A stretch of DNA of 64,000 nucleotides from Diplonema japonicum (Eukaryota; Protista; Euglenozoa: Diplonemea). A program made the position numbers and the translations under genes. Of the stretch, positions 1 to 12,900 are shown piece after piece. Position 1 is the first letter of the stretch, and the number at the start of each line of letters is the position of its first letter. The DNA lies in NCBI GenBank assembly GCA_964019335.1, contig OZ025692.1:434001-498000 (forward strand), given 5' to 3'. The notes beneath the pieces are model-generated. The model was not told the DNA's origin. It did no database searches and worked only from the letters and a program-made list of their open reading frames with translations.

Positions 1-18
1 TTTTTTTTTTTTTTTTGT

Positions 19-1680
19 TCACTGTTCCATAGATTCTTTCATCTTGAGAAGTGTCTCCTTTTTTTTTTTTTTTTTCCCATTCCAAATACATACCCCTCCC
101 TTAACGTCATAGTACGCATCAAAGTAAGTTGTGGACACATTAGCAACAACATTCCTATCAGGTATGCTCTGTGTAGTTCCGTAGATGGCGGCGGACCCTG
201 TGGCCTTAAGCTCCTTTGTCTTCATGAACTCGCCACAGGCCGCAGTAATATCGGCGATAAGCCTCTTCGAGTTCTCCATCTCGTTTACAGCATGAAGCTT
301 GGTGCAACATATGTGCAACGAGGAAGGGAACTGCAGCGCGTTCAACTCCCACCCCTTCGATGACAGGTCTCCCGCTAGCCTGTAAATATCGAATTCATCG
401 CTTGCAAAGGCGATGACGGTACCAACCGGGTCACCAACTAAACGCAAACCAGGGATCTTTTTGAGTTCCTCCTTGATGTACCGGGCAGTACCTATAATAT
501 CTTTGGCAGATTGTACGTAACCTTCCATCCCGTGCAACATCATGGCAGCCCATGTACCTGCAACCACGTTACCAGCCCTTGAACCGCTGATGACCGGCGA
601 TGCGTACAAACCACCAGGCCAGTTTGTAACGGAATGCATCTGATACCTCCTAATATCCGCGTGCCTGTATAATATAGTGCTGCTCCCCTTTGGGGCAAAA
701 CCGTATTTGTGAGTGTCACATGAGATTGACGTCACTCCGGGAAGTCTGAAATCGAATTTCTCACCCATGTCGTAGCCTGCTTTTTCTGCAAATGCGATGA
801 TGAACCCGCCAAGGCACGCATCGACGTGAACAGGAATCCCCTTCGCTGCACCTAGTGCTGCAATGTCTTCAATAGGATCGATGATCCCATGCGGGAAACC
901 GTACGCAGAGCCAACTAAACAGATGGTGTTCGATGTGATGAGGCTTTTCATGTGTTTAAGGTCCGCTTTGCCCGTCTTGGGGTCCATATCGGCGTGTTTC
1001 ATTGTTATGCCGAAATAGTGCGCGGCTTTCTCGAAGGCAGCGTGGGAAGTTACACATGCTACCATTTCGGGGTTTGTAATGTTTTTCTCGGCACGGGCGA
1101 GGTCTCTGTAGGCCTTCATGGCAAGGAGGATGGATTCTGTACCGCCGGATGTCATTGCACCGCAGCAGCCGTCTGTCCCGTTGAACATCTTGACCACCAT
1201 GGACAGGATTTCTGTTTCCATCTTTCGGACGCCGCTGAACTGTCCTGCGTGTAGCGGGTTTGTCCATTGGTGCATGGCCATGGCTTCGTTGATGAATTCT
1301 GTGTATCCATCCATGCCGCCGTGGTATACACACCCGCTGCACTGACCTTTTGAGTAGTCTAAGTTGATCTCCGCGTGTTTCTTGCACAATGCCAGAACGT
1401 CCTCCTTCTGAGCAGATTTTTCCGGGAGCTCTTCGTGTACCTCCTTCATGTCGGCCTGTTTCTCGGTGAATTCCTTGAGGAAGCTCATCTTAACACAGGC
1501 GGCCATCATCGCCAGCTGCGGGTCTGGAAGGGACGCTTTCGCCTTGTCCGGAGACGGGTTCTTTTGAGGTTCAGGAGCTGTCATTGGAACATCTGACTTT
1601 TGCAACTTTCGTAGTTCGGCCTTTCCGGATACCGGCCTCCTCCTGCTAGGTGGCGCCTCCTTGGAGTCTGCACAACCCAT
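19..1680 (-). CDS. SPL: Sphingosine-1-phosphate lyase (PLP-dependent, group II decarboxylase fold); exons 1680-94 and 57-19, ~541 aa
   Basis: Family motifs SGCVYHG, TNPLH, TSGGTESILLA, HVDACLGGF, CDTHKYG (PLP lysine) and SGSRAG. Probable start is MGCADSK (ATG at 1680) after an A-rich leader. The poly-K stretch near the C-terminus is explained by an in-frame intron. Confidence 0.92.
   Translation of the reverse strand: MGCADSKEAPPSRRRPVSGKAELRKLQKSDVPMTAPEPQKNPSPDKAKASLPDPQLAMMAACVKMSFLKEFTEKQADMKEVHEELPEKSAQKEDVLALCKKHAEINLDYSKGQCSGCVYHGGMDGYTEFINEAMAMHQWTNPLHAGQFSGVRKMETEILSMVVKMFNGTDGCCGAMTSGGTESILLAMKAYRDLARAEKNITNPEMVACVTSHAAFEKAAHYFGITMKHADMDPKTGKADLKHMKSLITSNTICLVGSAYGFPHGIIDPIEDIAALGAAKGIPVHVDACLGGFIIAFAEKAGYDMGEKFDFRLPGVTSISCDTHKYGFAPKGSSTILYRHADIRRYQMHSVTNWPGGLYASPVISGSRAGNVVAGTWAAMMLHGMEGYVQSAKDIIGTARYIKEELKKIPGLRLVGDPVGTVIAFASDEFDIYRLAGDLSSKGWELNALQFPSSLHICCTKLHAVNEMENSKRLIADITAACGEFMKTKELKATGSAAIYGTTQSIPDRNVVANVSTTYFDAYYDVKGGVCIWNGKKKKKKETLLKMKESMEQ
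58..93 (-). other. Predicted 36-nt GT-AG intron (phase 0) in SPL
   Basis: GTATGT donor, poly-A interior, AAG acceptor; removal deletes VCIWNGKKKKKK in frame. Confidence 0.7.
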
Positions 1681-1721
1681 GGTTTTTTTTTTTTTGGCTT
1701 TTTTCTTTTTTTTTTGAAAAA

Positions 1722-1860
1722 CTGTGGAGGGAATGGGGGGGGGGGGGGGGGGGGTGAAGGATGTCACAACATATTCAATAAAAAAAAGAAGAACACTTTT
1801 TTTTTTTTTTTTCCTTCTTCTTTCTTTCTTCCCCCTTCCCTTTAATGTGCTTTCTTTCTA
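1722..1860 (-). promoter_or_regulatory. Candidate trans-splice acceptor region upstream of SPL
   Basis: On the minus strand, a poly-C tract then CCCTCCACAG (AG at 1723-1722), then an A-rich leader to the ATG. Confidence 0.45.
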
Positions 1861-1895
1861 TAGAAATGAAAAAAAAAGAAAAGAAAAGAAAAGGT

Positions 1896-3896
1896 TTAAA
1901 GCCTAACCATCAATCGGCGTGTGGTGGCAATCGCCAGCAGCAGCAGGGCGTAGAGGTGTAACACGCCGAGGCCTGCAGCAGAGGCCCTAGCGGTGGCGAC
2001 AGTGGTGCAGATCCACGAGGTGTGGGGGCCTCGGCAAGAGTTGGCGGGTTTTTTAGCGAGCTTGGCGGACCAGCCGCGTTGCGAGAGGAAGTTCTTCACG
2101 TCTTTAGAGACTGTGATCGGAGGGAGCCACTGACGAACGGGCTTGCTCGTCCACCATGCCGTAGCGTTGTAGTCCTTCGTGAAGTTGTAGTGGTACAGAG
2201 TGGCTTTGATAGACAGAGGACGGTCACCTTTGAAGTCCACGCCTGTCACATCCAGAACAGGGCGCGACCCACGAAGGAGCTTCACCACCATGTGGACGAC
2301 CCAGGAATCTGTTCGTGTGTTCCCTAGTGCAGCGAACCACAGCCGCCAATCCACCCTTGGCTGGTGGGGTGCCACCCATGGTGGGGACTTGTTCACATCC
2401 CCTACTGCATATCTGAACTGGATCTCCTTCCACTTCATGGGGTCGACTTCGGTGTTGTACTCGAACACGAGCACAGGCACCGCCACCTCACCGTTGTCCC
2501 CCACACCCGTCATCACCCTGAACAGCCCGTAGCCGGACGCCACGTGGAGCTTTTGATTGTAAACATCCTTGTACGCCATCACCTGTGCACGCCCGGGCCA
2601 CTTCGGCACTGCTCTGTCAACGTTCTTGTAAACCTCGCGCATGGCGGTCAAGGAGGTCACTGCGATGGCCAGTGCTATACACGTCATTGCGGCTGTGTGC
2701 AGGCTGTCCAGCAGGACCAGCACCATGTGTTTCGAGGTGCACGTCACCGTCTTTATGACGCTCCACACACCACGCACGACGACCGTTGTCAGCAGGTAGG
2801 GAACCACAATGGGCATCACCTTCTTGACCCACACCTGCAGAGTGGCCGTCGTGACACTGTTAACAGGGGTTTGGAGGGGCGACCCGTAAGCAGAGGTATA
2901 GGTGATGACGATAAAGGCCACGGTGCCGGCTAACTGAACGAACGGGAACGACCTCTCCAGAACGAGGCCGAGCAGGGCAAGGAACACCGCGGCCACCTCG
3001 TGCACGGTGGACGTGAAGAAGACAAGACCAGGGATCAGCACGAGCACCGCCCTCCTCTTGTAGTCAGCAACGTCCGCTTCCTCGCAACAATCATCTTCAT
3101 CTTCATCCTCATCATAAAAGCACGCCATGGCGGCTAGGCAACCGGAGTGGATGTTGAACCAGTTGTAGTTGCCGGTGGCTTGGATACCGATCATGCTAAA
3201 TATCTGGAAAGCAGCCCCAACACGGCGGACCATCAGGAAGGGGCTTATCAACATGAAGCTGCCGAAGAGTTGCGACCACATAACGAACGCCAATGAAAGC
3301 TTCTCAAACCATTCAGGGAGAAGAGCGGCGTACCACGCTAGCGGGGTGGGAATGCACTGAGATGCGTAGTGATACTTCAAAGCCGTCAGGCTCGTCCATG
3401 TAGGACACCCTGAGAGCACCTTCAACGCCCCAGACATGAAAAATATTTTAAACGCAGTAATTCTGAGAATCCAGGTGAACTGAGACCTTGAAGACGGGTA
3501 GAAGATGGCAGCGAAACCGGTTTCCAATATAAGATAGTCCCATTGAAAGGAAAGCAACGACTGTCCAGTAGTGACCACCATGTGGTAGACCGCGAAGCAG
3601 ATCATTAGTAAAACCGGGCTAGTTGCCCCGAAGCCGCAGATGAGAAAAGCTGAGGCGATTCCCACCAACAGGCACCACTCGTAGTAGTCGTCAACTTCGA
3701 TGTTGAGGTGTTCCGCGCCCCACAGGAGGTTTGGGGTTGCTTCGAATGACGACCGCTCCTGCACTCGTTTCCAGAAAACACCCACAGGTTCCACCCCGTC
3801 TGCTCCACCAACACCTGGGAACTGGACCCAGTAGCTCACCATCGCCATGAGATACACAGCTCCGGTAGCTATTATGAAGAAATTTCGCGCATGCAT
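1896..3896 (-). CDS. LMF: Lipase maturation factor (LMF) family ER membrane protein, 666 aa
   Basis: Motifs FQWDYLILETGF, CPTWTSLTALKYHYASQCIPTP, TGNYNWFN, YGLFRVMT and PHQPRVDWRLWFAAL; multiple hydrophobic segments; no intron seen. Confidence 0.92.
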   Translation of the reverse strand: MHARNFFIIATGAVYLMAMVSYWVQFPGVGGADGVEPVGVFWKRVQERSSFEATPNLLWGAEHLNIEVDDYYEWCLLVGIASAFLICGFGATSPVLLMICFAVYHMVVTTGQSLLSFQWDYLILETGFAAIFYPSSRSQFTWILRITAFKIFFMSGALKVLSGCPTWTSLTALKYHYASQCIPTPLAWYAALLPEWFEKLSLAFVMWSQLFGSFMLISPFLMVRRVGAAFQIFSMIGIQATGNYNWFNIHSGCLAAMACFYDEDEDEDDCCEEADVADYKRRAVLVLIPGLVFFTSTVHEVAAVFLALLGLVLERSFPFVQLAGTVAFIVITYTSAYGSPLQTPVNSVTTATLQVWVKKVMPIVVPYLLTTVVVRGVWSVIKTVTCTSKHMVLVLLDSLHTAAMTCIALAIAVTSLTAMREVYKNVDRAVPKWPGRAQVMAYKDVYNQKLHVASGYGLFRVMTGVGDNGEVAVPVLVFEYNTEVDPMKWKEIQFRYAVGDVNKSPPWVAPHQPRVDWRLWFAALGNTRTDSWVVHMVVKLLRGSRPVLDVTGVDFKGDRPLSIKATLYHYNFTKDYNATAWWTSKPVRQWLPPITVSKDVKNFLSQRGWSAKLAKKPANSCRGPHTSWICTTVATARASAAGLGVLHLYALLLLAIATTRRLMVRL

Positions 3897-3952
3897 TTTT
3901 TTTTTTTTTTTTTTTTTTTTTTCCTCCCTCCAGGTCCACTCCCTGTGTGTGT

Positions 3953-3985
<33 letters not shown>

Positions 3986-5737
3986 CCCTTGGAAAAGTAG
4001 AGCAAAAAAAAAAAAAAAAAAAAAGGAGAACAAGATAAAAAAAAAAAAAAAAAAAAAAAATGGGGGTAGAGGATAAGAGGATTGTAACACAAAAAAAAAG
4101 TGAGAAAAGAAAGGACCAATGGGGAGAGAGGGGGGGAATTCAATTCAATTCAATTGCTAACTGTATACTCAAAGTGGTGAGGGGGAGGGGGAGGGGGAGG
4201 GGGGAGAGAAGGAGAAGCTGGATTCAAGTGGGAATTTGTTTTTTTTATGTTGTTACCGGTTTAGCTGTGATAGGTATGGGAAAATAAAAAATAAAAAGGT
4301 TTTTTTTTTCTTTTTTTTTTTTTTACATCTCTGTGAATTCAGTCCCAACAATTTCTTTTTTTTGCAGGGGGGTTCAGCGGAAAATCGAGTCGAACAAAGT
4401 AGCAGATTATTTTCTTTTTTTTTCCCTTCTCCTATTTCTTTTTTTCTTTCCACTTTTCTTTTTTTCCCCCCACTTACGAAAAATAAAAAATGTGGACGCG
4501 CAGGAGTATAGAGAGAGATGGGGACGGAGGGGAAAATCGCAAAAAAAAAAGATTTTTTTGAAAAAAGAAGAGAAAAAAAAACCCCCCCCGAAAGAAAAAA
4601 ATGCAGCTAAAATTAGAAGGAAAAAAATATGTAGGAAGAAAAAAAAGGCTAATGGGACAGCAACGAATAATGGGAAAAAAAAAGGCAAAATCTATTTCTG
4701 AATGAATAAAAACAGTTGGAGGGGGGGGGGGGGGGGGGGTAATGAGTTTTTTCTTTCTTCAAAGAGTTCTCGTTCAATTCCTTAGCCCCTTGCAATATAC
4801 TTAACACCCTGTGTTGCCCAGCTGTGGAGGGAAGGGGGAGAAACAGAAAAATATTCGATATGGGTGGGGGCTAGTTGTTAGCAACGATCCGTATAAATAA
4901 AAAAAAAAAATTCAAAAGGAAAATGGGGATAAGGGCGGCCCTGGGAGCCTGGAGTCACGCCTTCATTCCTTTTTTTTTTTTTTTTCTTTCTTTCACTTCC
5001 CGATCGTTTGCCAAGCTATGCTACTACTGCCAAAATTTTTCTTTTTTTTTTTTGTTTCTTCCTTTTTTTTATTTTTCTTTTCTTAGAAATCACTCCTTTG
5101 TCTTCCCCCCTTCAAAAAACCGGCAGTTTCTTGAAGGGGGGGAAAGGGAGTGCCACCCGCACATTGCCTTCCTTTTTTTTTTAAATCCACTTCTTTTTGT
5201 TTTGTTTTTCATTTTTTTTTTAGTAACTCTCTTAATTACTAGTTAAAATAATTCGGTTGCGAGAGCAAAGGTAAATAAAAAAAAAGGGAACTTACTGAAG
5301 TACAACGTACGCGATAGTCCCCTTTTTCGTTTGCGTGATATTTTTTTTCAAAAGCATAGATATCACACAAAATAATAAAATTAAAAAAAAAAAAAAGACG
5401 GAAAAAAAGAAAAAAAAGAAGAAAAATATCCGTATTGTGTGTGATCGGTCTATTTTATCACCCCTCCTTCAGAGGCAAAAAAAGAAGAAGAAAGGGAGGC
5501 ATAAGGAAGAAAAAAAACAAAACACAGTTTCACAACCATTTTTTTTTTTATACAAAATCGCCAATTTAAAAAAAAAATAACGCAGGCAGAGAAAGAAATG
5601 TGGAAGACCTGGGAAGGGAAAAAAAAAAAGGGAAGAGGCGGGGGGGGGAAAAAATGGTCCAGTTACTACAAAAGATTTCATGTTCTCAAAAAAAAAAAAA
5701 CAAGGGGGAGATGGGAACTAGTGGGAAAGAGTGAAAA

Positions 5738-5769
<32 letters not shown>

Positions 5770-5810
5770 ACACAGCAAAAAATCTAGGAAAAAAAAAAAA
5801 AAAAAAAAAC

Positions 5811-6937
5811 TTAAACCCACCCAGATGTGCCTGGCGCAGCCTCTGTTTCAGTACCCGACACGTAGCCACCCCTCCCTCTGGTGGAAAGTGGAGACTCAAC
5901 ATAACTAGGGGAAACCGCAACACCCCGCCCCCTGCCCATAGAAGGGTAAACGGCGCTGGAGAAGGGATAAACCTCACCAGAAGGCGAAGCTTCAGGAGAC
6001 GGCTGCACGACACCTCCCCTACTTCTTGCAGAGGGGAACTGGTACTGGTTAAGACCTTCAGGTGATGCCTCCCTCGAGGGCGTCTGGAATGCCGTGTTTG
6101 TTCTTTCCTCTGGCTCCGTGTACAATGGAGGATCGTTCATGTGCGTCTCAGGCTCAGCCTCCTTAACCGGCGGCGAAGCCATTTCGACCTCAGGCTGCGC
6201 TTGTTCTTCGGGTTGCTGTTGGTACGGAACAGACTTGCCTCCGTCCTTGCCACCCTTGCACAGGCAGTACAACAGAAGAAGCAACAAAATAACCGCGAGA
6301 ACAATACCACCAATGATGACAATGCACACGCCGAGGGTCTGCCCAAAGCAAGCACTGTCATCATCATCAGGTGCAACAGGTGGGTTGTCCGATGCAGGGT
6401 TCACAGAAAGCACAGACGTTGGAACGAACCCGTTCATGGCGAGAGCGTTGTTGCCCTGAAGGTCGGCCTTTGCGTTGTCAAGGACACGCTTCTCAAGCTG
6501 TGCGTTGGTCTCGTTGGTCTTGGCCGAGACGGTGAAGGTGGCGTTTGTCCTGCCGGCATCCAATTCGGTGAAGGTCACGTTCTGGATAGAGCTTGTCGGC
6601 ACACCCATCGCCACAGACAGTGCCTCGATGAACTCGTCCTGCATGGCGCGCATGTCGGCTACAGGGTTGTTCAGCGCCATCGTCAAATTCGTGCTTGCCT
6701 CGTTACATGTGTCGCACGTCTGGATGCACGTTGAGACGACCTTGTTGTTCGCCTTCCCATGCTCGGGTGACGGGCACAGGCACACGAAGTTGTTCCCTGT
6801 GGCGGCACCGTCGGTGTCAAAGCAGACGTGTGTCTCGTTCCCGCACTTCACGGCGCTGTTTGCCACAGCACAGTCACCGACATGCACCTTGTCTTCGGTT
6901 ACAGCGTAACCCCTGCTCGGAAGGCCAGACAGCAGCT

Positions 6938-6971
<34 letters not shown>

Positions 6972-9900
6972 TAATACCAGCTCTCTGTAGTTCTCCCCCA
7001 GCTTCCCTGTGTTAGAGGCGCCGTTCGTGTTGACGATGTTGAAGACAACTCTCTGCCCACCGCGCCCGTCGGTCGTGATGTTCATGTTCTGCACCGACGC
7101 CCCGGTGTGCCCACCGGTCACCAGGATGTTCCGGAGCTGTGTCGTGAGGTCCGCTTCGTTCGGCGCTGTATCACCTGGAATGGTGAGCCCCATCTAGTAG
7201 TGTGGTGGTATAAATTGGTTTAAAAATAAGCAGCATACCCTGATGGTAGTGGGTCCCGTGGGAACAGTACAGTCCTCAGCGTAGGCCTTCCCAACAGCAA
7301 ACCTGGTGTTGTCCTGAGTGCAGGCGCACCTCCAGTTGTTAGTAATTGCTGTGTCGGGGTCTATACACTGCTGGCTCGCTGCCTCACAGACCTGCCTGTT
7401 CGCGGCAACTTCGCATTCGTTCACGAGGCTCTGGTAGCAGACGGTAGGGGCGTTCTGCTTGTTGGTGCCTGTGAGCGGAGGCGCGCAAGCACAAGCAAAC
7501 CCCTGTGTGGCGGTAGTGTCAGCCACACAGTACTGGCCGCTTGACGTGCACGTAGCGTAGTTATTCGTGCAAGCAGTGCTGCCGTAAGTGCACACTGCAG
7601 GAGCTGCAATCTGTGTGCCTTGTCCGTCCCCAACACACTCACAGGACCAGTCGCCCATCACATCCTGTCGAGGGTCCTTGCACACCTGCCCCTTCTTAGA
7701 GCACTCCGTCTGAAGTTGGCACTCGTCGATTAGGCATGTTGCACGCTGAGCAATGGCCTTCTGTCCCGTGGCAGGGGTGACACACACGCACTGCCAGTCG
7801 CCGGTAGTGCTCAGGTTCGGGTCATCGCAGGTCTGACCAGCGCTTGTACACGTCTGGAAGTTGTCCACGCACTCACCCTGCCAAGAACAGTCAGCAGTCC
7901 TACCGCGTGCCTGACCGACGGCAGGCGACACACAGTTGCACCTCCAGTCGCCTGTCGAGTTCGCGAACGGTGCGTCGTCGGTGCAGGTCTGGCCGACAGC
8001 CGAGCAGGTCTTCTGCCCAATGGTCCCAGCAGCACACTCGTCGACAACGCAGTTGGCAGGCTTCATGGTAGCCGACGTGCCCATGGGGTTGACGCACATG
8101 CACTGCCAGTCGTTTGCCTTCATCTCATCGGGGTCGACACAAGCCTGGCCCACACCATTGCACACGCTTGCATGAATGGCGCACTCTCCAGTGAACACAC
8201 AGTTGTTTGCAACGGCAGCTATGGCACTACCAGTGCTAGAGCCAGCGCATCGGCACATCCAGTCACCCTGTGAAATAAAGTATTTTGAGGAAAAAAAAGA
8301 ATGCATACCCTGATGTCGTCACTTGGGTTGGGGTCAACACATGTCTGTCCCACAGCGTGGCACACTCTACCGTTGTCCTCGCACTCATTCACGATACATG
8401 TTGCAGATCGCGCGCGTGCACTGCCCGTGCCCGTCGTGCACTCGCATTTCCAGTCATCCAGGGAAAGAGGGGATCTGTTAGGGTCCACACACTGCTGCTT
8501 GTTGCCGCACTTGTACCCGTTGGCGATGCACTCGTCGAGCGTGCAGTTCGCAGCCTCTCTCAGCGACCTACCCACAGCAGGCTCTAGACAGTTGCATTCC
8601 CAGTTGTTCAAAGAATTTGTGTTGGAGTCCAAGCAGTACTGCCCCTGAGAGGTGCAGATACGCGAGTTCTGTACGCACTCGCCAACAAAGTTGCATTCAG
8701 CAAGAGTGCCAGCGGCGGATCCTGATGAAACAGGCACACACTCGCACCTCCAGTCGCCAAGAGAGGTGGGGCTAGTGTTGGGATCCTTGCACCTCTGTCC
8801 AGCAGAGGAGCACAGCAACGCGGCGACACTGTTCCCCTTGCATTCGTCTTGAACGCAGAAAGCCGGGGAGACAGGTGACGGACTGCCCGACTGGGTTCCA
8901 ACACACTCACACTGCCAGTCGCCAGGTGCGTTCTCGTTAGGGTCAACACACGTCTGGCCGGCGGCTGTGCACGTCCTGAAGTTGTCTTTGCATTCACCCC
9001 TCCAAGCGCAGGTAGCTGCACCACGGTCCTTCGTGCCGGTGCCATCAACGCAGCGACACTCCCAGTCATTCAGCTTGTTTGCACTGACATCCTTGTCGTA
9101 GCACACTTGGCCGGCAGCGGTGCATACGGAACCAAAGGTGATACACTCATCTAATGTGCATGTAGCCGCAGAGCCCACCATCTTCCCTACCATCGGAGGC
9201 ACGCACGAGCACATCCAGTCTCCCACTCTTGTCTCGTCGGGGTCGATGCAAGTCTGGCCTTGATCGGTGCAGGTCCTGGAGTTGACGTTGCACTCGCCAG
9301 TGTAGGCGCATGCTGCCTGGCCAGCCACTTGCCTATTAGAAGCAGACTGTGCAGACCCCAGGCACGAGCACATCCAGTCACCAGTAGACACGGGGTCGAG
9401 GTTCGGATCGTGGCAGACTTGCCCAACACTAGTGCAGGTGATGTTGTTCTCACGGCATTCATCAAGTAAGCATTTTGCGGGTTTAGCAACAGCCACGCCA
9501 ACTGTGTTGTCGCCAGTGCATTTACACCTCCAGTCCCCGAGGCTCGTGTAGTCGGTGTTCGGGTCGTCGCACTCCTGACCCTGTGCAGTGCAGATCTGCC
9601 TGTTTGAAGTACACTCATCGAGCTGGCACTTAGCCACACCACCCACTTGGTTCCCTTCCGCAGGTGCAGCACATCTACAAGACCACCCAGAACCATCGCT
9701 TACGCACGCCTGCCCTGCTGCCGCACAAACGTTTGCGAACTGGTTGCACAAGCTACCTGTTGCGAATACACACGTAGCCGGTGCCATGAGCTTGCTGCCA
9801 CTTCCACTACCATCACACTTGCACACCCAGTCATTGTTGGTTCTGAGGCTGTTGTCTTCGCACGCTTGTCCCTTGTTGGTGCAGATGTCACTCTTCACAG

Positions 9901-12900
9901 TGCACTCATCAATTTCGCACACAGCCTGCGACCTCGGCAGTGTAGGTGTACCGGCAGCCACCTTAGCAGGCTCAACACAGATGCAGTACCAGTCATCCAC
10001 AGCAGGGCTCGGGTCCATGCAAGCCTGCCCCACTGCCGAGCATGTCTGAGCATTTTGGGAACATTCCCCTGTGAAGGAACAAGAGGCAACAGAAGCTTTA
10101 GCAGAACCCGTCGACGTACCAGCGCACTGACAGGCCCAGTCACCTAGGCTGCTAGGGTCAGTGTTACGGTCAATGCACTTTTGCCCTGCGTTCATGCAAA
10201 TTTGCCCGTTGAGAACGCACTCGTCCAGAACACATTGCGCGGCACGTGCCCTGGCAACACCTGAAGCGTCGCCCGTGCACCTGCACACCCAGTCACCGGT
10301 GCTTGTGGGGCTTGTATCGGGATCGATGCAGTTCTGGCCGTTCCTAGTGCATATGGCACTGTTGATCGAACACTCATCAAGGATGCATGTAGCAACAGCG
10401 CCCGTTGCAGTCCCAGTCTGGGGTGCAATGCACAAGCAGTCGAAAGCGGTGGTGCTGGAGCCTCTGCAGGCCTGTCCTTTGCTAGTGCAGGTACTTGCCG
10501 ACGTTTGACAGGCGTCCGAGGCAGGGTAGTTGCAGTTTGCCTTCCGGCCAACAGCTTCATCATTGGCTGAGCCCTGGCACACACACTTCCAATTGTTGAT
10601 CGAAGCAGTAGTCTTCACGGGGTCAACACACAGCTGTCCCTGCGAGGTGCATATGGTGCCCTTCGTTAAGCACTCGTCGTACTCACACGAAGCAACAATC
10701 CCGACAGCTCTGCCAACTTGTGGGGCCTGGCACACGCACTCCCAATCCCCTGTGCGGGTGGCGTCGGGGTCCTGGCACCTCTGGTTTGATTGTTCGCATT
10801 TGTTACGGTTAACAGCGCAAGATTCGCACGTGGAGAGTCCGTCGCTGCTGAGGTCTGAGCCCGAGTAGCCGCACTCGTCAAGGATGCAGGTCGCTACGCT
10901 CTCGATAGCAGTGCCCGATGAAGGCAGCTTGCACTTACACAACCAGTCGCCCATTGAAGTCACGTTGGTGTTAGGATCAATACATTCTTGGTTCGCAGTG
11001 TCGCAGATGGCTTTGTTGGAAGCAATGGTGCACTCATCCAATGTGCACAACGCCCTCTGTGCAGTGGCTTCACCTATCTGGTTGCCGACGCACTGACACC
11101 TCCAGTTCCCGAGCGACGCAGAAGACGTGTCAGGATCAAAGCACGTCTGTCCAACGTCGACGCATTTCGATTTCTCAACTTGGCACTCGCCAGTCCACGC
11201 ACACATGGCAGGACTGCGGAGCGCAGTACCTGTACCGCTACCTCTGCACTCGCACCGCCAATCTCCGATGGAAGTCGGGCTAGTGTTAGGATCGCTGCAT
11301 TCCTGGCCCTCAGCGTGGCAGACGTTAGCATTCTCAATGCACTCGTCCAGAACACAGCTCCTTGAGGCCGAAGCCACACCTGTGCCCTGAGTAGGGGGAA
11401 CGCACTGGCACTCCCAGTCGCCGTTCGTGGTGGGGTTAGGATCGTTGCAGGCTTGACCTGCCGCAGAACACGTCGATGCGAAGGTCTGACACTCCCCTTC
11501 GGAATACGTGCAGACTGCTGCAATGCCTCGTGCAGACCCACTTCCTGCACCAAAGCAGTTACACGTCCAGTCGTCGGTGCTCTCGGGGTGAGTGTCGGGG
11601 TCGATGCAAGACTGGCCAACAGAGGTACAGACGCTCCCCTTCTGCAAACACTCGTCCAACTGGCAGTTAGCAGCAGACCTGGTAGCGTTGTTACCTGTCT
11701 GCGGCAGGATGCAGATGCACATCCAGTTGTTTGCCACACTTGTATCAGGGTCCACGCACGTCTGCCCAACGGATGTACACGTTCCGGAGTTACTGACACA
11801 TTCCCCAACAAAGCTGCATGTTGCGGCAGTTGCAACCCCCCTGCCGACCAAGGGATCAGCACACTCGCAGTACCAGTCACCCTGCACCAAGGGACTCTTG
11901 TTCGGGTCGGTGCAAATTTGATCGGCATTCTCACAGGTGCGGCGATTCTCAATACACTCATCGTACTCACAGACAGCAACGGTAGCAATGTCAGATCCAG
12001 TGTAAGGGGGCACGCAACGGCACTCCCAGTTACCTGCGCGCGTTTGGTCGGGGTCCATGCAATACTGTCCAGAACTTGCACACGTGAGGTAGCCACTGGC
12101 ACACTCGCCGGTATATTCGCACTGTGCCGTCATCATCAGCGCTTCTCCGCTAGCTGACCCAGCGCAGGTGCAGTACCAGTCATTCCTGGAAGTGGGATCC
12201 TGGTTCTTGTCAATACAGATCTGGCCGACACTCGCACAGACTTGCCTGTTGGATTCAATAGAACACTCGTCCAAAGTGCACACAGCAGCCTTGCCCACAG
12301 CCGACCCAGACTCTTGGGAACCGGTGCACTCGCAGGTCCAGTCATTCAGGCTATCAGCGAAGGTTTTTGGGTCAACGCACCTCTGGCCGACGGACACGCA
12401 AATGTAACCATTATCGACACACTCATCAAGGACGCACGTGGCAGGCTGGCCAGTAGCCGCGCCAACCAAGGGGGTGACACAGCTGCATTCCCAATCATCC
12501 GCCTTATTCTGGTTGCGGTCGATACAGGTCTGCCCCTTGGTGGTGCAGACTGCACTGTTGCTCGGGTTTGTACATTCACCAATGTAGGTGCAGGTCGCGA
12601 CCTCCCCAAAGGGGACTACGCTGGTGTTTGTCGCCTGCCCTGCACATTTACATATCCAGTCATTGCGGCTAGTCGCGTTCTTGTTAGTGTCCTCACAGGT
12701 CTGTCCCGCAGCACTGCACAGGCTGCCGTAGATAAGGCACTCATCGAAGGTGCACACAGCAGCGTTTGTGACTTCGCCGCCGAGGTATGGAGTGATGCAG
12801 AGACAGCCCCAGTCATTCGACGTGGTCAAGTCTGGGTCACGGCAGGCCTGACCAGCGGCAGTGCATGTCGAGGCTTTCGTGATGCATTCGCCCTCATACA

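Noticed and set aside
1681-1767. N-terminal extensions in the ORF track (SPL, coiled-coil 30265-30747, syntaxin 38866-39129, RPT3 56806-56886)
   Set aside because: They run through pyrimidine tracts and A-rich leaders from non-ATG or upstream starts; the downstream ATGs fit better.
3691-5800. Poly-K/poly-F ORFs in spacers (also 30300-32500, 35400-37150, 42900-44620, 57000-60700)
   Set aside because: They are translations of homopolymer tracts that simply lack stop codons.
6936-6977. Poly-A inserts as retrotransposon tails, frameshift pseudogenes or editing sites
   Set aside because: Each insert is bounded by GT and AG and its removal restores conserved protein sequence; no TSDs are present.
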